Shown: positions 18,053 through 29,981 of the stretch, one piece after another
Position numbering within the stretch: the first letter of the stretch is position 1
How the letters are laid out: every line of letters starts with the position of its first letter
NCBI RefSeq assembly: GCF_988242995.1
Contig: NZ_OZ547043.1
Strand: one strand, 5' to 3'
Length of the DNA stretch: 64,000 nucleotides
Translations under genes and position numbers: made by a program
Notes under the pieces: model-generated
The model's database searches: none
Told to the model about the DNA's origin: nothing
Seen by the model: the letters and a program-made list of their open reading frames with translations, nothing else

Positions 18053-19276
18053 ATGAAAAAAATCGCGCTTATTATCGGCAGCATGATCGCGGGCGGTATT
18101 ATTTCTGCGGCAGGTTTTACCTGGTTTGCAAAGGCGGAACCGCCCGCAGAAAAAACGTCGACCGCAGAACGTAAAATCTTATTCTGGTACGACCCGATGT
18201 ATCCCAATACGCGGTTCGATAAACCAGGTAAATCGCCGTTTATGGATATGGATCTGGTGCCGAAATATGCCGATGAAGAGAGTTCTGCGTCTGGTGTGCG
18301 CATTGACCCGACTCAGACGCAGAATCTGGGGGTGAAAACGGCTACCGTCACGCGCGGGCCGCTGACTTTTTCCCAGAGTTTCCCGGCGAATGTCAGTTAC
18401 AACGAGTATCAGTATGCCATTGTGCAGGCTCGCGCTGCCGGGTTTATCGACAAGGTGTATCCGCTTACCGTGGGCGATAAAGTGCAAAAGGGCACACCGC
18501 TTCTCGACCTGACCATTCCCGACTGGGTGGAAGCGCAGAGTGAGTATTTACTGCTGCGCGAAACCGGCGGTACGGCGACCCAGACTGAAGGCATTCTTGA
18601 GCGGCTGCGACTGGCGGGAATGCCGGAGGCGGATATTCGCCGCCTGATCGCTACGCAAAAAATCCAGACTCGCTTTACGCTCAAAGCGCCCATTGATGGC
18701 GTGATCACCGCGTTTGATCTGCGCGCGGGAATGAATATCGCCAAAGATAATGTGGTAGCGAAAATTCAGGGTATGGACCCGGTGTGGATCACTGCCGCGA
18801 TCCCGGAGTCCATCGCCTGGCTGGTGAAAGATGCCTCGCAGTTTACGCTCACCGTTCCGGCGCGACCTGATAAAACACTCACCATTCGCAAATGGACCCT
18901 GCTACCCGGCGTGGATGCCGCGACCCGCACGCTGCAGCTGCGTCTGGAAGTCGACAACGCCGACGAGTCGCTAAAACCGGGCATGAACGCCTGGTTGCAA
19001 CTCAATACCGCCAGCGAACCGATGCTGCTCATTCCGTCACAAGCGCTGATTGATACCGGCAGCGAACAGCGGGTGATTACCGTTGATGCCGACGGGCGCT
19101 TTGTACCGAAACGCGTTGCCGTTTTCCAGGCATCGCAAGGCGTCACCGCGTTACGCTCTGGTCTGGCGGAAGGTGAAAAGGTGGTTTCCAGCGGCCTGTT
19201 CCTGATTGATTCCGAAGCCAATATTTCTGGCGCACTGGAGCGGATTCGCTCTGAAAGTGCTACCCATGCGCATTGA
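18053..19276 (+). CDS. cusB: Copper/silver efflux membrane fusion protein CusB, 407 aa
   Basis: ORF track full-length match. Confidence 0.97.
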   Translation: MKKIALIIGSMIAGGIISAAGFTWFAKAEPPAEKTSTAERKILFWYDPMYPNTRFDKPGKSPFMDMDLVPKYADEESSASGVRIDPTQTQNLGVKTATVTRGPLTFSQSFPANVSYNEYQYAIVQARAAGFIDKVYPLTVGDKVQKGTPLLDLTIPDWVEAQSEYLLLRETGGTATQTEGILERLRLAGMPEADIRRLIATQKIQTRFTLKAPIDGVITAFDLRAGMNIAKDNVVAKIQGMDPVWITAAIPESIAWLVKDASQFTLTVPARPDKTLTIRKWTLLPGVDAATRTLQLRLEVDNADESLKPGMNAWLQLNTASEPMLLIPSQALIDTGSEQRVITVDADGRFVPKRVAVFQASQGVTALRSGLAEGEKVVSSGLFLIDSEANISGALERIRSESATHAH

Positions 19277-19287
19277 GGGAATAACCA

Positions 19288-22200
19288 ATGATTGAATGGA
19301 TTATTCGTCGCTCGGTGGCGAACCGTTTTCTGGTACTGATGGGCGCGTTGTTTCTGAGTATCTGGGGCACCTGGACCATCATTAACACGCCAGTGGATGC
19401 GCTGCCGGATCTCTCCGATGTGCAGGTGATTATTAAAACCAGCTATCCCGGTCAGGCACCGCAAATCGTTGAAAATCAGGTGACTTATCCGCTAACCACC
19501 ACCATGTTGTCGGTGCCTGGCGCGAAGACTGTGCGCGGTTTCTCGCAGTTTGGCGACTCTTATGTGTATGTCATTTTCGAAGATGGCACTGATCCGTACT
19601 GGGCGCGTTCGCGGGTGCTGGAGTACCTCAACCAGGTACAGGGTAAGCTCCCTGCGGGAGTCAGCGCCGAGCTGGGGCCAGATGCCACGGGTGTTGGCTG
19701 GATCTATGAATATGCACTGGTGGATCGCAGCGGTAAGCACGATCTTGCCGATTTACGCTCATTGCAGGACTGGTTTCTCAAATATGAGCTGAAAACCATT
19801 CCTGACGTTGCGGAAGTGGCGTCGGTAGGCGGTGTGGTGAAAGAGTATCAGGTGGTTATCGATCCTCAGCGTCTGGCGCAATATGGCATCAGTCTCGCCG
19901 AAGTAAAAAGCGCGCTGGATGCTTCAAACCAGGAAGCGGGCGGTTCGTCGATCGAATTGGCGGAAGCGGAATATATGGTGCGCGCCAGCGGCTATCTGCA
20001 AACGCTCGACGACTTTAATCACATCGTTTTAAAAGCCAGTGAAAATGGCGTGCCCGTTTATCTGCGCGATGTTGCGAAGGTCCAGATTGGCCCGGAGATG
20101 CGCCGGGGCATTGCCGAACTAAACGGCGAAGGCGAAGTGGCGGGCGGGGTGGTGATCCTGCGCTCCGGCAAAAACGCCCGAGAAGTAATCGCCGCCGTGA
20201 AGGACAAACTGGAAACGCTGAAAAGCAGTCTGCCGGAAGGCGTGGAGATAGTTACAACATACGATCGCAGCCAGCTCATTGACCGCGCCATCGACAACCT
20301 CAGCGGCAAGTTGCTGGAAGAGTTTATTGTGGTGGCGGTAGTCTGTGCGCTGTTTCTCTGGCATGTGCGCTCGGCGCTGGTGGCGATTATTTCGTTGCCG
20401 CTGGGGTTGTGTATTGCTTTTATTGTCATGCACTTTCAGGGACTGAACGCCAATATTATGTCGCTGGGCGGTATTGCTATTGCCGTCGGGGCGATGGTCG
20501 ATGCCGCTATCGTCATGATCGAGAATGCGCATAAACGGCTGGAAGAGTGGCAGCACCAGCATCCTGACGCCACGCTGGATAATAAAACGCGCTGGCAGGT
20601 GATCACCGATGCATCTGTTGAAGTGGGGCCGGCGCTGTTTATCAGTCTGCTGATTATCACGTTGTCGTTTATCCCGATCTTCACCCTGGAAGGGCAGGAA
20701 GGGCGTCTGTTTGGCCCGCTGGCGTTCACCAAAACGTATGCGATGGCGGGTGCGGCGCTGCTGGCGATCGTAGTGATCCCTATCCTGATGGGCTACTGGA
20801 TCCGTGGCAAAATTCCGCCGGAAAGCAGTAACCCGCTCAATCGCTTTTTGATTCGTGTTTATCATCCGCTGTTGCTGAAAGTACTGCACTGGCCGAAAAC
20901 CACGCTGCTGGTGGCGGCGCTTTCGGTGCTGACGGTTCTCTGGCCGCTCAATAAAGTTGGCGGGGAATTTTTACCGCAGATCAATGAAGGCGACTTGTTG
21001 TATATGCCATCGACGCTGCCGGGGATTTCCGCAGCAGAGGCGGCGAGTATGCTGCAAAAAACCGACAAGCTGATTATGAGCGTACCTGAAGTGGCGCGGG
21101 TATTTGGCAAAACCGGGAAAGCGGAAACCGCCACCGATTCTGCTCCGCTGGAGATGGTAGAAACGACCATCCAGCTTAAGCCGCAGGATCAGTGGCGGCC
21201 AGGCATGACGATGGACAAAATCATTGAGGAACTGGATAACACCGTGCGTCTGCCGGGGCTGGCGAATCTGTGGGTGCCGCCAATTCGTAACCGTATCGAT
21301 ATGCTCTCAACCGGCATTAAAAGCCCCATCGGCATTAAAGTTTCCGGCACTGTGCTGGCGGATATCGACGCGATGGCGGAGCAAATTGAAGAAGTGGCGC
21401 GAACGGTGCCAGGCGTAGCTTCTGCGCTTGCCGAGCGTCTGGAAGGTGGGCGCTATATCAACGTTGAGATTAACCGTGAAAAAGCCGCGCGTTACGGTAT
21501 GACGGTGGCGGATGTGCAATTGTTTGTGACATCTGCGGTGGGCGGGGCGATGGTTGGCGAAACGGTGGAAGGGATTGCCCGTTATCCAATTAATCTGCGT
21601 TATCCGCAAAGCTGGCGCGATAGTCCGCAGGCGCTGCGCCAGTTGCCGATTCTGACGCCGATGAAGCAGCAAATCACCCTGGCAGACGTGGCTGACGTTA
21701 AAGTCTCTACCGGACCGTCGATGCTGAAAACCGAGAATGCGCGCCCGACGAGCTGGATTTATATCGATGCCCGCGATCGTGACATGGTGTCGGTGGTTCA
21801 CGATTTGCAAAAAGCGATAGCTGAAAAAGTGCAGTTAAAACCGGGCACCAGCGTGACATTCTCCGGGCAGTTCGAGCTACTGGAGCGCGCCAACCATAAG
21901 CTGAAACTCATGGTGCCGATGACGCTGATGATCATCTTCGTGCTGTTGTATCTGGCGTTCCGTCGGGTGGGCGAAGCGTTGCTGATTATCAGCAGCGTAC
22001 CGTTTGCGCTGGTGGGCGGCATCTGGTTGCTGTGGTGGATGGGCTTTCATCTTTCCGTGGCGACGGGCACCGGTTTTATTGCCCTTGCCGGGGTCGCCGC
22101 CGAATTTGGCGTGGTGATGCTGATGTATTTACGTCACGCCATAGAGGCCGAGCCGTCGTTGAATAATCCGCAAACATTCAGCGAGCAGAAGCTGGATGAG

Positions 22201-22431
22201 GCGTTATATCACGGCGCGGTCCTGCGCGTGCGCCCGAAAGCGATGACGGTGGCAGTGATTATCGCCGGTCTGCTGCCGATTCTGTGGGGAACGGGGGCTG
22301 GTTCAGAGGTGATGAGCCGGATTGCCGCACCGATGATTGGCGGCATGATCACCGCACCTTTGCTGTCGCTGTTTATTATCCCGGCGGCGTATAAGCTGAT
22401 GTGGCTGCACCGACATCGGGTACGGAAATAA
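19288..22431 (+). CDS. cusA: Copper/silver efflux RND transporter CusA, 1047 aa
   Basis: ORF track full-length match, [27 protein letters not shown]... Confidence 0.98.
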   Translation: MIEWIIRRSVANRFLVLMGALFLSIWGTWTIINTPVDALPDLSDVQVIIKTSYPGQAPQIVENQVTYPLTTTMLSVPGAKTVRGFSQFGDSYVYVIFEDGTDPYWARSRVLEYLNQVQGKLPAGVSAELGPDATGVGWIYEYALVDRSGKHDLADLRSLQDWFLKYELKTIPDVAEVASVGGVVKEYQVVIDPQRLAQYGISLAEVKSALDASNQEAGGSSIELAEAEYMVRASGYLQTLDDFNHIVLKASENGVPVYLRDVAKVQIGPEMRRGIAELNGEGEVAGGVVILRSGKNAREVIAAVKDKLETLKSSLPEGVEIVTTYDRSQLIDRAIDNLSGKLLEEFIVVAVVCALFLWHVRSALVAIISLPLGLCIAFIVMHFQGLNANIMSLGGIAIAVGAMVDAAIVMIENAHKRLEEWQHQHPDATLDNKTRWQVITDASVEVGPALFISLLIITLSFIPIFTLEGQEGRLFGPLAFTKTYAMAGAALLAIVVIPILMGYWIRGKIPPESSNPLNRFLIRVYHPLLLKVLHWPKTTLLVAALSVLTVLWPLNKVGGEFLPQINEGDLLYMPSTLPGISAAEAASMLQKTDKLIMSVPEVARVFGKTGKAETATDSAPLEMVETTIQLKPQDQWRPGMTMDKIIEELDNTVRLPGLANLWVPPIRNRIDMLSTGIKSPIGIKVSGTVLADIDAMAEQIEEVARTVPGVASALAERLEGGRYINVEINREKAARYGMTVADVQLFVTSAVGGAMVGETVEGIARYPINLRYPQSWRDSPQALRQLPILTPMKQQITLADVADVKVSTGPSMLKTENARPTSWIYIDARDRDMVSVVHDLQKAIAEKVQLKPGTSVTFSGQFELLERANHKLKLMVPMTLMIIFVLLYLAFRRVGEALLIISSVPFALVGGIWLLWWMGFHLSVATGTGFIALAGVAAEFGVVMLMYLRHAIEAEPSLNNPQTFSEQKLDEALYHGAVLRVRPKAMTVAVIIAGLLPILWGTGAGSEVMSRIAAPMIGGMITAPLLSLFIIPAAYKLMWLHRHRVRK

Positions 22432-22532
22432 AAGCAGGATACCCGGTTTAACCGTGTGGATTGTGTCTTGCGACGATGGGCACTAAATGTTAAAAGGTGC
22501 CCCTCAACAAAAAAGACACACAGGGGAAAGGC

Positions 22533-23909
22533 GTGAAAAACGCGTCAACCGTATCGGAAGATACTGCGTCGAATCAAGAGCCGACGCTTCATCGCGGATT
22601 ACATAACCGTCATATTCAACTGATTGCGCTGGGTGGCGCAATTGGTACTGGTCTGTTTCTTGGCATTGGCCCGGCGATTCAGATGGCGGGTCCGGCTGTA
22701 TTGCTGGGCTACGGCGTCGCCGGGATCATCGCTTTCCTGATTATGCGCCAGCTCGGCGAGATGGTGGTCGAAGAGCCGGTATCTGGTTCATTTGCCCACT
22801 TTGCCTATAAATACTGGGGACCGTTTGCGGGCTTCCTCTCTGGCTGGAACTACTGGGTGATGTTCGTGCTGGTGGGAATGGCAGAGCTGACCGCTGCGGG
22901 CATCTATATGCAGTACTGGTTCCCGGATGTTCCAACGTGGATTTGGGCTGCCGCCTTCTTTATTATCATCAACGCCGTTAACCTGGTGAACGTGCGCTTA
23001 TATGGCGAAACCGAGTTCTGGTTTGCGCTGATAAAAGTGCTGGCAATCATCGGTATGATCGGCTTTGGCCTGTGGCTGCTGTTTTCTGGTCACGGTGGCG
23101 AGAAAGCCAGTATCGACAACCTCTGGCGCTATGGCGGTTTCTTTGCCACCGGCTGGAATGGACTGATTTTGTCGCTGGCGGTAATTATGTTCTCTTTCGG
23201 CGGTCTGGAGTTGATTGGGATTACTGCCGCTGAAGCGCGCGATCCGGAAAAAAGCATCCCTAAAGCAGTGAATCAGGTGGTGTATCGCATCCTGCTGTTT
23301 TATATCGGTTCACTGGTGGTTTTACTGGCACTCTATCCGTGGGTGGAAGTGAAATCCAACAGTAGCCCGTTTGTGATGATTTTCCATAATCTCGACAGCA
23401 ACGTGGTAGCTTCTGCGCTGAACTTCGTCATTCTGGTGGCATCGTTATCGGTGTATAACAGCGGGGTTTATTCTAACAGTCGGATGCTGTTTGGCCTTTC
23501 TGTGCAGGGTAATGCGCCAAAGTTTTTGACTCGCGTCAGCCGTCGCGGTGTGCCGATTAACTCGCTGATGCTTTCCGGAGCGATCACTTCGCTGGTGGTG
23601 TTAATCAACTATCTGCTGCCGCAAAAAGCGTTTGGTCTGCTGATGGCGCTGGTGGTAGCAACGCTGCTGTTGAACTGGATTATGATCTGCCTGGCGCATC
23701 TGCGTTTTCGCGCGGCGATGCGACGTCAGGGACGTGAAACACAGTTTAAGGCGCTGCTCTATCCGTTCGGCAACTATCTCTGCATCGCCTTCCTCGGCAT
23801 GATTTTGCTGCTGATGTGCACGATGGATGATATGCGCTTGTCAGCGATTCTGCTGCCAGTGTGGATTGTATTCCTGTTTGTAGCGTTTAAAACGCTGCGT
23901 CGGAAATAA
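22533..23909 (+). CDS. pheP: Phenylalanine-specific permease PheP, 458 aa (GTG start)
   Basis: ORF track; start placed at GTG encoding (M)KNASTVSEDTASNQ, as remembered for PheP. Confidence 0.93.
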   Translation: MKNASTVSEDTASNQEPTLHRGLHNRHIQLIALGGAIGTGLFLGIGPAIQMAGPAVLLGYGVAGIIAFLIMRQLGEMVVEEPVSGSFAHFAYKYWGPFAGFLSGWNYWVMFVLVGMAELTAAGIYMQYWFPDVPTWIWAAAFFIIINAVNLVNVRLYGETEFWFALIKVLAIIGMIGFGLWLLFSGHGGEKASIDNLWRYGGFFATGWNGLILSLAVIMFSFGGLELIGITAAEARDPEKSIPKAVNQVVYRILLFYIGSLVVLLALYPWVEVKSNSSPFVMIFHNLDSNVVASALNFVILVASLSVYNSGVYSNSRMLFGLSVQGNAPKFLTRVSRRGVPINSLMLSGAITSLVVLINYLLPQKAFGLLMALVVATLLLNWIMICLAHLRFRAAMRRQGRETQFKALLYPFGNYLCIAFLGMILLLMCTMDDMRLSAILLPVWIVFLFVAFKTLRRK

Positions 23910-23950
23910 GGCATTCACGCCGTATCCGACAAAATGATGTCAACCATCCG

Positions 23951-23987
23951 AAACCGCTCTCATCCATTCGATAAGAGCGGTTTTTTT
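23951..23987 (+). terminator. Rho-independent terminator after pheP (hairpin CCGCTCT...AGAGCGG followed by TTTTTTT)
   Basis: Inverted repeat plus 7-T run read from sequence. Confidence 0.65.
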
Positions 23988-23989
23988 AA

Positions 23990-25285
<1,296 letters not shown>

Positions 25286-25344
25286 TTATGCAAATCAGGA
25301 GAATCTGAGGGGAAATAGCCGGGCAGATGCCCGGCAAGAGAGAA

Positions 25345-25998
25345 TTACACTTCGGTTAAGGTGATGTTTTGCGGCAGACGAGATTTCGGCAGCGTAGCGT
25401 TAAAATCTTCAACGCTGTGATGACCCACCGGAACAACTACCAGACTGGTGTAGCCTTTCTCTTTCAGACCAAATTCTCCATCGAGGATTGCGGCGTCAAA
25501 ACCTTCGATGGGTACCGCGTCCAGACCCAGCGCCGCCACGCCGAGCAGGAAGTTGCCGACGTTGAGATAAACCTGTTTTGCCATCCACTCTGCATCATCA
25601 TGCAGATCTTTACGGTGCATATCGGCGAAGAACTTGCGACCTTTATCGTTCGCGGCTTTCGCTTCCGGCGTGGCAAAGCGGCCATCGGCATCTTCCTGGT
25701 CAACAACCAGCTTCAGCCAGGCATCGTCCATCGCGGTTTTTGCACAGAACACCACAACGTGCGAGGCATCAAGCATTTTACGCTCGTTGAACACGTAATT
25801 ACCGGCAGCGGATTTGGCAACACGCGCTTTACCTTCTTCCGTGCTGGCAACAATAAAATGCCACGGCTGGGAGTTGGTGCTGGATGGGCTGTATTGCAGG
25901 AGAGTTTTGATCTGCTCGGCCTGTTCCGGGGTTAGTTTTTTGCTGGCATCAAATGCCTTAGTGGAATGACGCTTTAAGGCGACAGAAATGATATCCAT
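25345..25998 (-). CDS. nfsB: Oxygen-insensitive NAD(P)H nitroreductase NfsB, 217 aa
   Basis: ORF track [31 protein letters not shown]... Confidence 0.97.
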   Translation of the reverse strand: MDIISVALKRHSTKAFDASKKLTPEQAEQIKTLLQYSPSSTNSQPWHFIVASTEEGKARVAKSAAGNYVFNERKMLDASHVVVFCAKTAMDDAWLKLVVDQEDADGRFATPEAKAANDKGRKFFADMHRKDLHDDAEWMAKQVYLNVGNFLLGVAALGLDAVPIEGFDAAILDGEFGLKEKGYTSLVVVPVGHHSVEDFNATLPKSRLPQNITLTEV

Positions 25999-26076
25999 AA
26001 AGACTCCATGTGAAAGTAATTTTGCGTGCCAGCAGATTACAAGGATCGAGATGAAATGGTAAGCGAGAAAAATGCG

Positions 26077-26460
26077 CTATTGATTTACGGTTGAGTAAGG
26101 ACGCAGTCGTTTTTGATCGCGTTTAGCCAGACCATCAACCACCAGATTCCACGAATCGTTGATCAGATCGCGAAGTAACGCTTCGGAGATTTCCTCGCCG
26201 GGATACACCGAAATCCAGTGCTTTTTATTCATGTGATACCCTGGCTTGATGCTTGGGTATATTTGCTGATTTAGCAGGGATTTTTGTGGATCGGACTTCA
26301 GATTGATAAAGGGGACGCCGCGCAGCTCCGACGACAGCATAAAAATCTTGCCGCCAATTTTAAAAACATCGAACTCCGGGCCAAAAGGCCAGCAAAGCTC
26401 GACAAAGGGTAACTCAAGGGCCAGGCGTTTCGCCGTTTCGTGCAGTGATTGCTTATCCAT
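26077..26460 (-). CDS. ybdF: Uncharacterised protein YbdF (DUF419)
   Basis: ORF track; start moved to internal [13 protein letters not shown] (ATG 26460, AAGGAA RBS); track ORF is over-extended into ybdJ. Confidence 0.85.
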   Translation of the reverse strand: MDKQSLHETAKRLALELPFVELCWPFGPEFDVFKIGGKIFMLSSELRGVPFINLKSDPQKSLLNQQIYPSIKPGYHMNKKHWISVYPGEEISEALLRDLINDSWNLVVDGLAKRDQKRLRPYSTVNQ

Positions 26461-26524
26461 AAACGTTCCTTTAGGCGAAGGAGAATAAGCAAAGTATGCC
26501 GCGAAGTTCGGCGATAATCGACGT

Positions 26525-26773
26525 TTAATCCGCCAGCGAGAACCAGCGTCGCCAGATAAAGCGCAGAACAAAATACTCAATAGCGCCCAGCACTAAAAAC
26601 CACAGACAAAACAATAAAGTGTAAAGCTGGCTAAGATCCATCAGATGGAACGTGGTCACCAGTTTTTGTGCCAGCGTCAGCCCCAATGCGGGGGCGGGAA
26701 GCAGCAGGCAAGAGAGGAAAGCCATCAGCAAAATGCCTGCTGCGGTGGTCAAGGTTTCTAAAGGGTGTTTCAT
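26525..26773 (-). CDS. ybdJ: Small inner-membrane protein YbdJ, 82 aa
   Basis: ORF track [31 protein letters not shown]... Confidence 0.85.
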   Translation of the reverse strand: MKHPLETLTTAAGILLMAFLSCLLLPAPALGLTLAQKLVTTFHLMDLSQLYTLLFCLWFLVLGAIEYFVLRFIWRRWFSLAD

Positions 26774-26838
26774 AACATTGTTAAATGTAAGTTAAAACAC
26801 CATTGTCAGGGATATTCTTCTGTAAGGCAATTCCCGAC

Positions 26839-27966
<1,128 letters not shown>

Positions 27967-28254
27967 TTATGTTGGCGTTTTCTATTCAGTATAGAAGTGG
28001 GAGCGACTGGGCGAGATGCGGAAGTTCTGGAATGTTTCTTTTTTTTGGTGATGGTGAACTGATTGTGACTGAAGAAGTTTGGCTACTTCTGCAATGTGAC
28101 AAGTTATGGCAGAGCTGGCTGGTGGCGAAGAATTTTGACGATTGAGGCATGCAGAAAAAAACGGGTTCAGCTTCAGTTGATCAAATGAGGAGTGAGAAGT
28201 CCGAAACAGGACTCGCTGTATAAATAAACAGCTATTTTGCTGAGGAAGGGTAAG

Positions 28255-28320
28255 ATAACGGCGGGTGCCTGAAGCTTTCCGGTTTCAGGTTTACTCTGAG
28301 GTCTGGAAAGATGAAGCCCC
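28255..28320 (-). ncRNA. Predicted Sok-like antisense RNA for hok copy 1 (position inferred from hok/sok architecture)
   Basis: Inference only: antisense to the hok leader / mok start region; no promoter verified. Confidence 0.25.
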
Positions 28321-28409
28321 AGGAGATATTTCTATCAACCCTGGGGCTGCCACTCCAAACCCAAACAATTTGGATGGTAGTCCCTTCTTCGCATGGAGGC
28401 AATATAAAC

Positions 28410-28562
28410 ATGCTGACGAAATATGCCCTTGCGGCAGTCATAGTGCTGTGTTTGACGGTGCTGGGATTTACGCTTCTGGTCGGAGACTCGCTGTGTGAGT
28501 TTACGGTGAAGGAACGTAATATTGAGTTTAAGGCTGTTCTCGCTTACGAACCGAAGAAGTAG
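28410..28562 (+). CDS. hokE: Hok-family toxin (HokE-like), 50 aa, copy 1
   Basis: [50 protein letters not shown]; GGAGG RBS; in-frame upstream mok-like extension in ORF track (28311). Confidence 0.8.
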   Translation: MLTKYALAAVIVLCLTVLGFTLLVGDSLCEFTVKERNIEFKAVLAYEPKK

Positions 28563-28757
28563 CCGTTGTGCGGGGAGTAATCCCCGCATATCCGGTTGTC
28601 AGGTCAGGGTGGTAAGGCACCTGTTTTACACTTTCGCCCGCGGTCAGCAATGGCTGCGGGCGATTTCGTTTTACGAGCAATAACGAGTGTTGCCAACAGA
28701 AGTCCGAAACAGGATTTACTGTATAAATAAACAGTTATTTTGCTAAGGAAGGGTAAG

Positions 28758-28823
28758 ATAACAGCGGGTGCCTGAAGCTTTCCGGTTTCAGGTTAACTCT
28801 GAGGTCTGGAAAGATGAAGCCCC
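28758..28823 (-). ncRNA. Predicted Sok-like antisense RNA for hok copy 2 (position inferred)
   Basis: Inference only, by symmetry with copy 1. Confidence 0.2.
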
Positions 28824-28912
28824 AGGAGATATTTCTATCAATCCTGGGGCTGCCACTCCGAACCTCAACAACTCGGATGGTAGTCCCTTCTTCGCATGGA
28901 GGCAATATAAAC

Positions 28913-29065
28913 ATGCTGACGAAATATGCCCTTGTGGCAGTCATAGTGCTGTGTTTAACGGTGCTGGGATTTACGCTTCTGGTCCGCGACTCGCTGTGTG
29001 AGTTTACGGTAAAGGAACGTAATATTGAGTTTAAGGCTGTTCTCGCTTACGAACCGAAGAAGTAG
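28913..29065 (+). CDS. Hok-family toxin (HokE-like), 50 aa, copy 2
   Basis: [50 protein letters not shown]; differs from copy 1 at two residues. Confidence 0.8.
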   Translation: MLTKYALVAVIVLCLTVLGFTLLVRDSLCEFTVKERNIEFKAVLAYEPKK

Positions 29066-29186
29066 CCGTTGTGCGGGGAGTAATCCCCGCATATCCGGTT
29101 GTCAGGTCAGGATGGTAAGGCACCTGCTTTACACTTTCGCCCGCGGTCAGCATTGGCTGCGGGCGAATCGCTCCGGGTATTGTCAA

Positions 29187-29816
29187 TTAATCGTGTTGGT
29201 ACAGCGTTATGACTATCTTTTCTTTTATCTGCCAGTGCACAGCAAACTGCTCATCCTCTAGTCGAATGATGATCTGCTGTTTATTCCAGCTAATTATCTG
29301 ATAATCCAGAAAACCTTGAGCGGCCTGTATCTTGCTTGCCTTAAATGCGCTCTCTTTGGCGGAAAATGCCAGTGTCAGCGCCAGAGAAAAGGTTAAACCG
29401 CATTCTGCGAGTCGCTCGTGTTCTGCTAGTGTAATAATGTTGTCTGTCAATTCTCTTGCGGTTTGTACAGAGAAAATCTCTTCGATATCAATGCCAATCG
29501 GTTGACGAGATACCACGGCTAATGCCGTAGTCCCACAGTGACTAATGCTGCCGTATACCCCCGCAGGCCACACAGGTTGGCGTAGCTCGCCGATTGCGGG
29601 CACACATTTATAGCCATATTCCCGCAGCGCATAAACTGCAGCGATCCGTCCGGCTAAATGCTCTGTTTTACGTTTACGTCCAGCGTGTTGCAGTTGCGCG
29701 TAGTGTGGCAGCCAGAGTAAATCCTGCTCACAAAAACTCGCCGGATCAAACTCAACAAAATGCAGCGTATGTCCTGCAAAGGGGAGGGAGGTATGCGTAG
29801 TTTTCATGTCGACCAT
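29187..29816 (-). CDS. entD: Enterobactin synthase phosphopantetheinyl transferase EntD, 209 aa
   Basis: ORF track; start moved to MVDMKTTHTSLPFAGHTLHF (alternative ATG 9 bp downstream); track ORF over-extended across a REP element. Confidence 0.9.
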   Translation of the reverse strand: MVDMKTTHTSLPFAGHTLHFVEFDPASFCEQDLLWLPHYAQLQHAGRKRKTEHLAGRIAAVYALREYGYKCVPAIGELRQPVWPAGVYGSISHCGTTALAVVSRQPIGIDIEEIFSVQTARELTDNIITLAEHERLAECGLTFSLALTLAFSAKESAFKASKIQAAQGFLDYQIISWNKQQIIIRLEDEQFAVHWQIKEKIVITLYQHD

Positions 29817-29907
29817 ATTAGAGAATGATGACAAACGCAAAACTGCCTGATGCGCTACGCTTATCAGGCCTACGTGGTCCTGCAATGTATTGAATTGGCA
29901 AGATTTT

Positions 29908-29945
29908 TGTAGGCCGGATAAGGCATTCACGCCACATCCGGCATG
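29908..29945. repeat. REP (repetitive extragenic palindromic) element between fepA and entD
   Basis: GTAGGCCGGATAAGGCATTCACGCCACATCCGGCATG matches the REP consensus. Confidence 0.55.
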
Positions 29946-29981
29946 AATTACGCGCACTTTGTCAACAATCTGACGTTAGCA

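Larger units (their letters stand above)
28196..29175 (+). repeat. Tandem duplication (~503-bp unit, two copies, roughly 95% identical by eye) of a hok/sok-type type I toxin-antitoxin locus
   Basis: Units at ~28196-28698 and ~28699-29175 share leader, mok-like frame, hok ORF and 3' stem-loops. Confidence 0.85.

Noticed and set aside
20119-20889. 256-aa minus-strand ORF inside cusA, plus other antisense ORFs in cusA, entF, cstA and ybdH
   Set aside because: Opposite strongly supported conserved genes; His/Arg/Gln-rich low-complexity translations typical of chance antisense frames.
26077-26580. ORF-track N-terminal extensions (ybdF to 26580, entD to 29957, fepA to 32282, entF from 33747, fepC to 40068, entA from 47997, ahpF from 59120, dsbG to 58104, and others)
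   Set aside because: The track takes the most upstream ATG/GTG/TTG; the extensions overlap neighbouring genes or REP elements and lack RBS, while internal starts match known N-termini with good SD sequences.
28196-29175. Possible CRISPR array or other short-period repeat at the hok region
   Set aside because: The repeat unit is ~500 bp and encodes Hok-type peptides; no 25-40 bp repeat/spacer periodicity, so not CRISPR.
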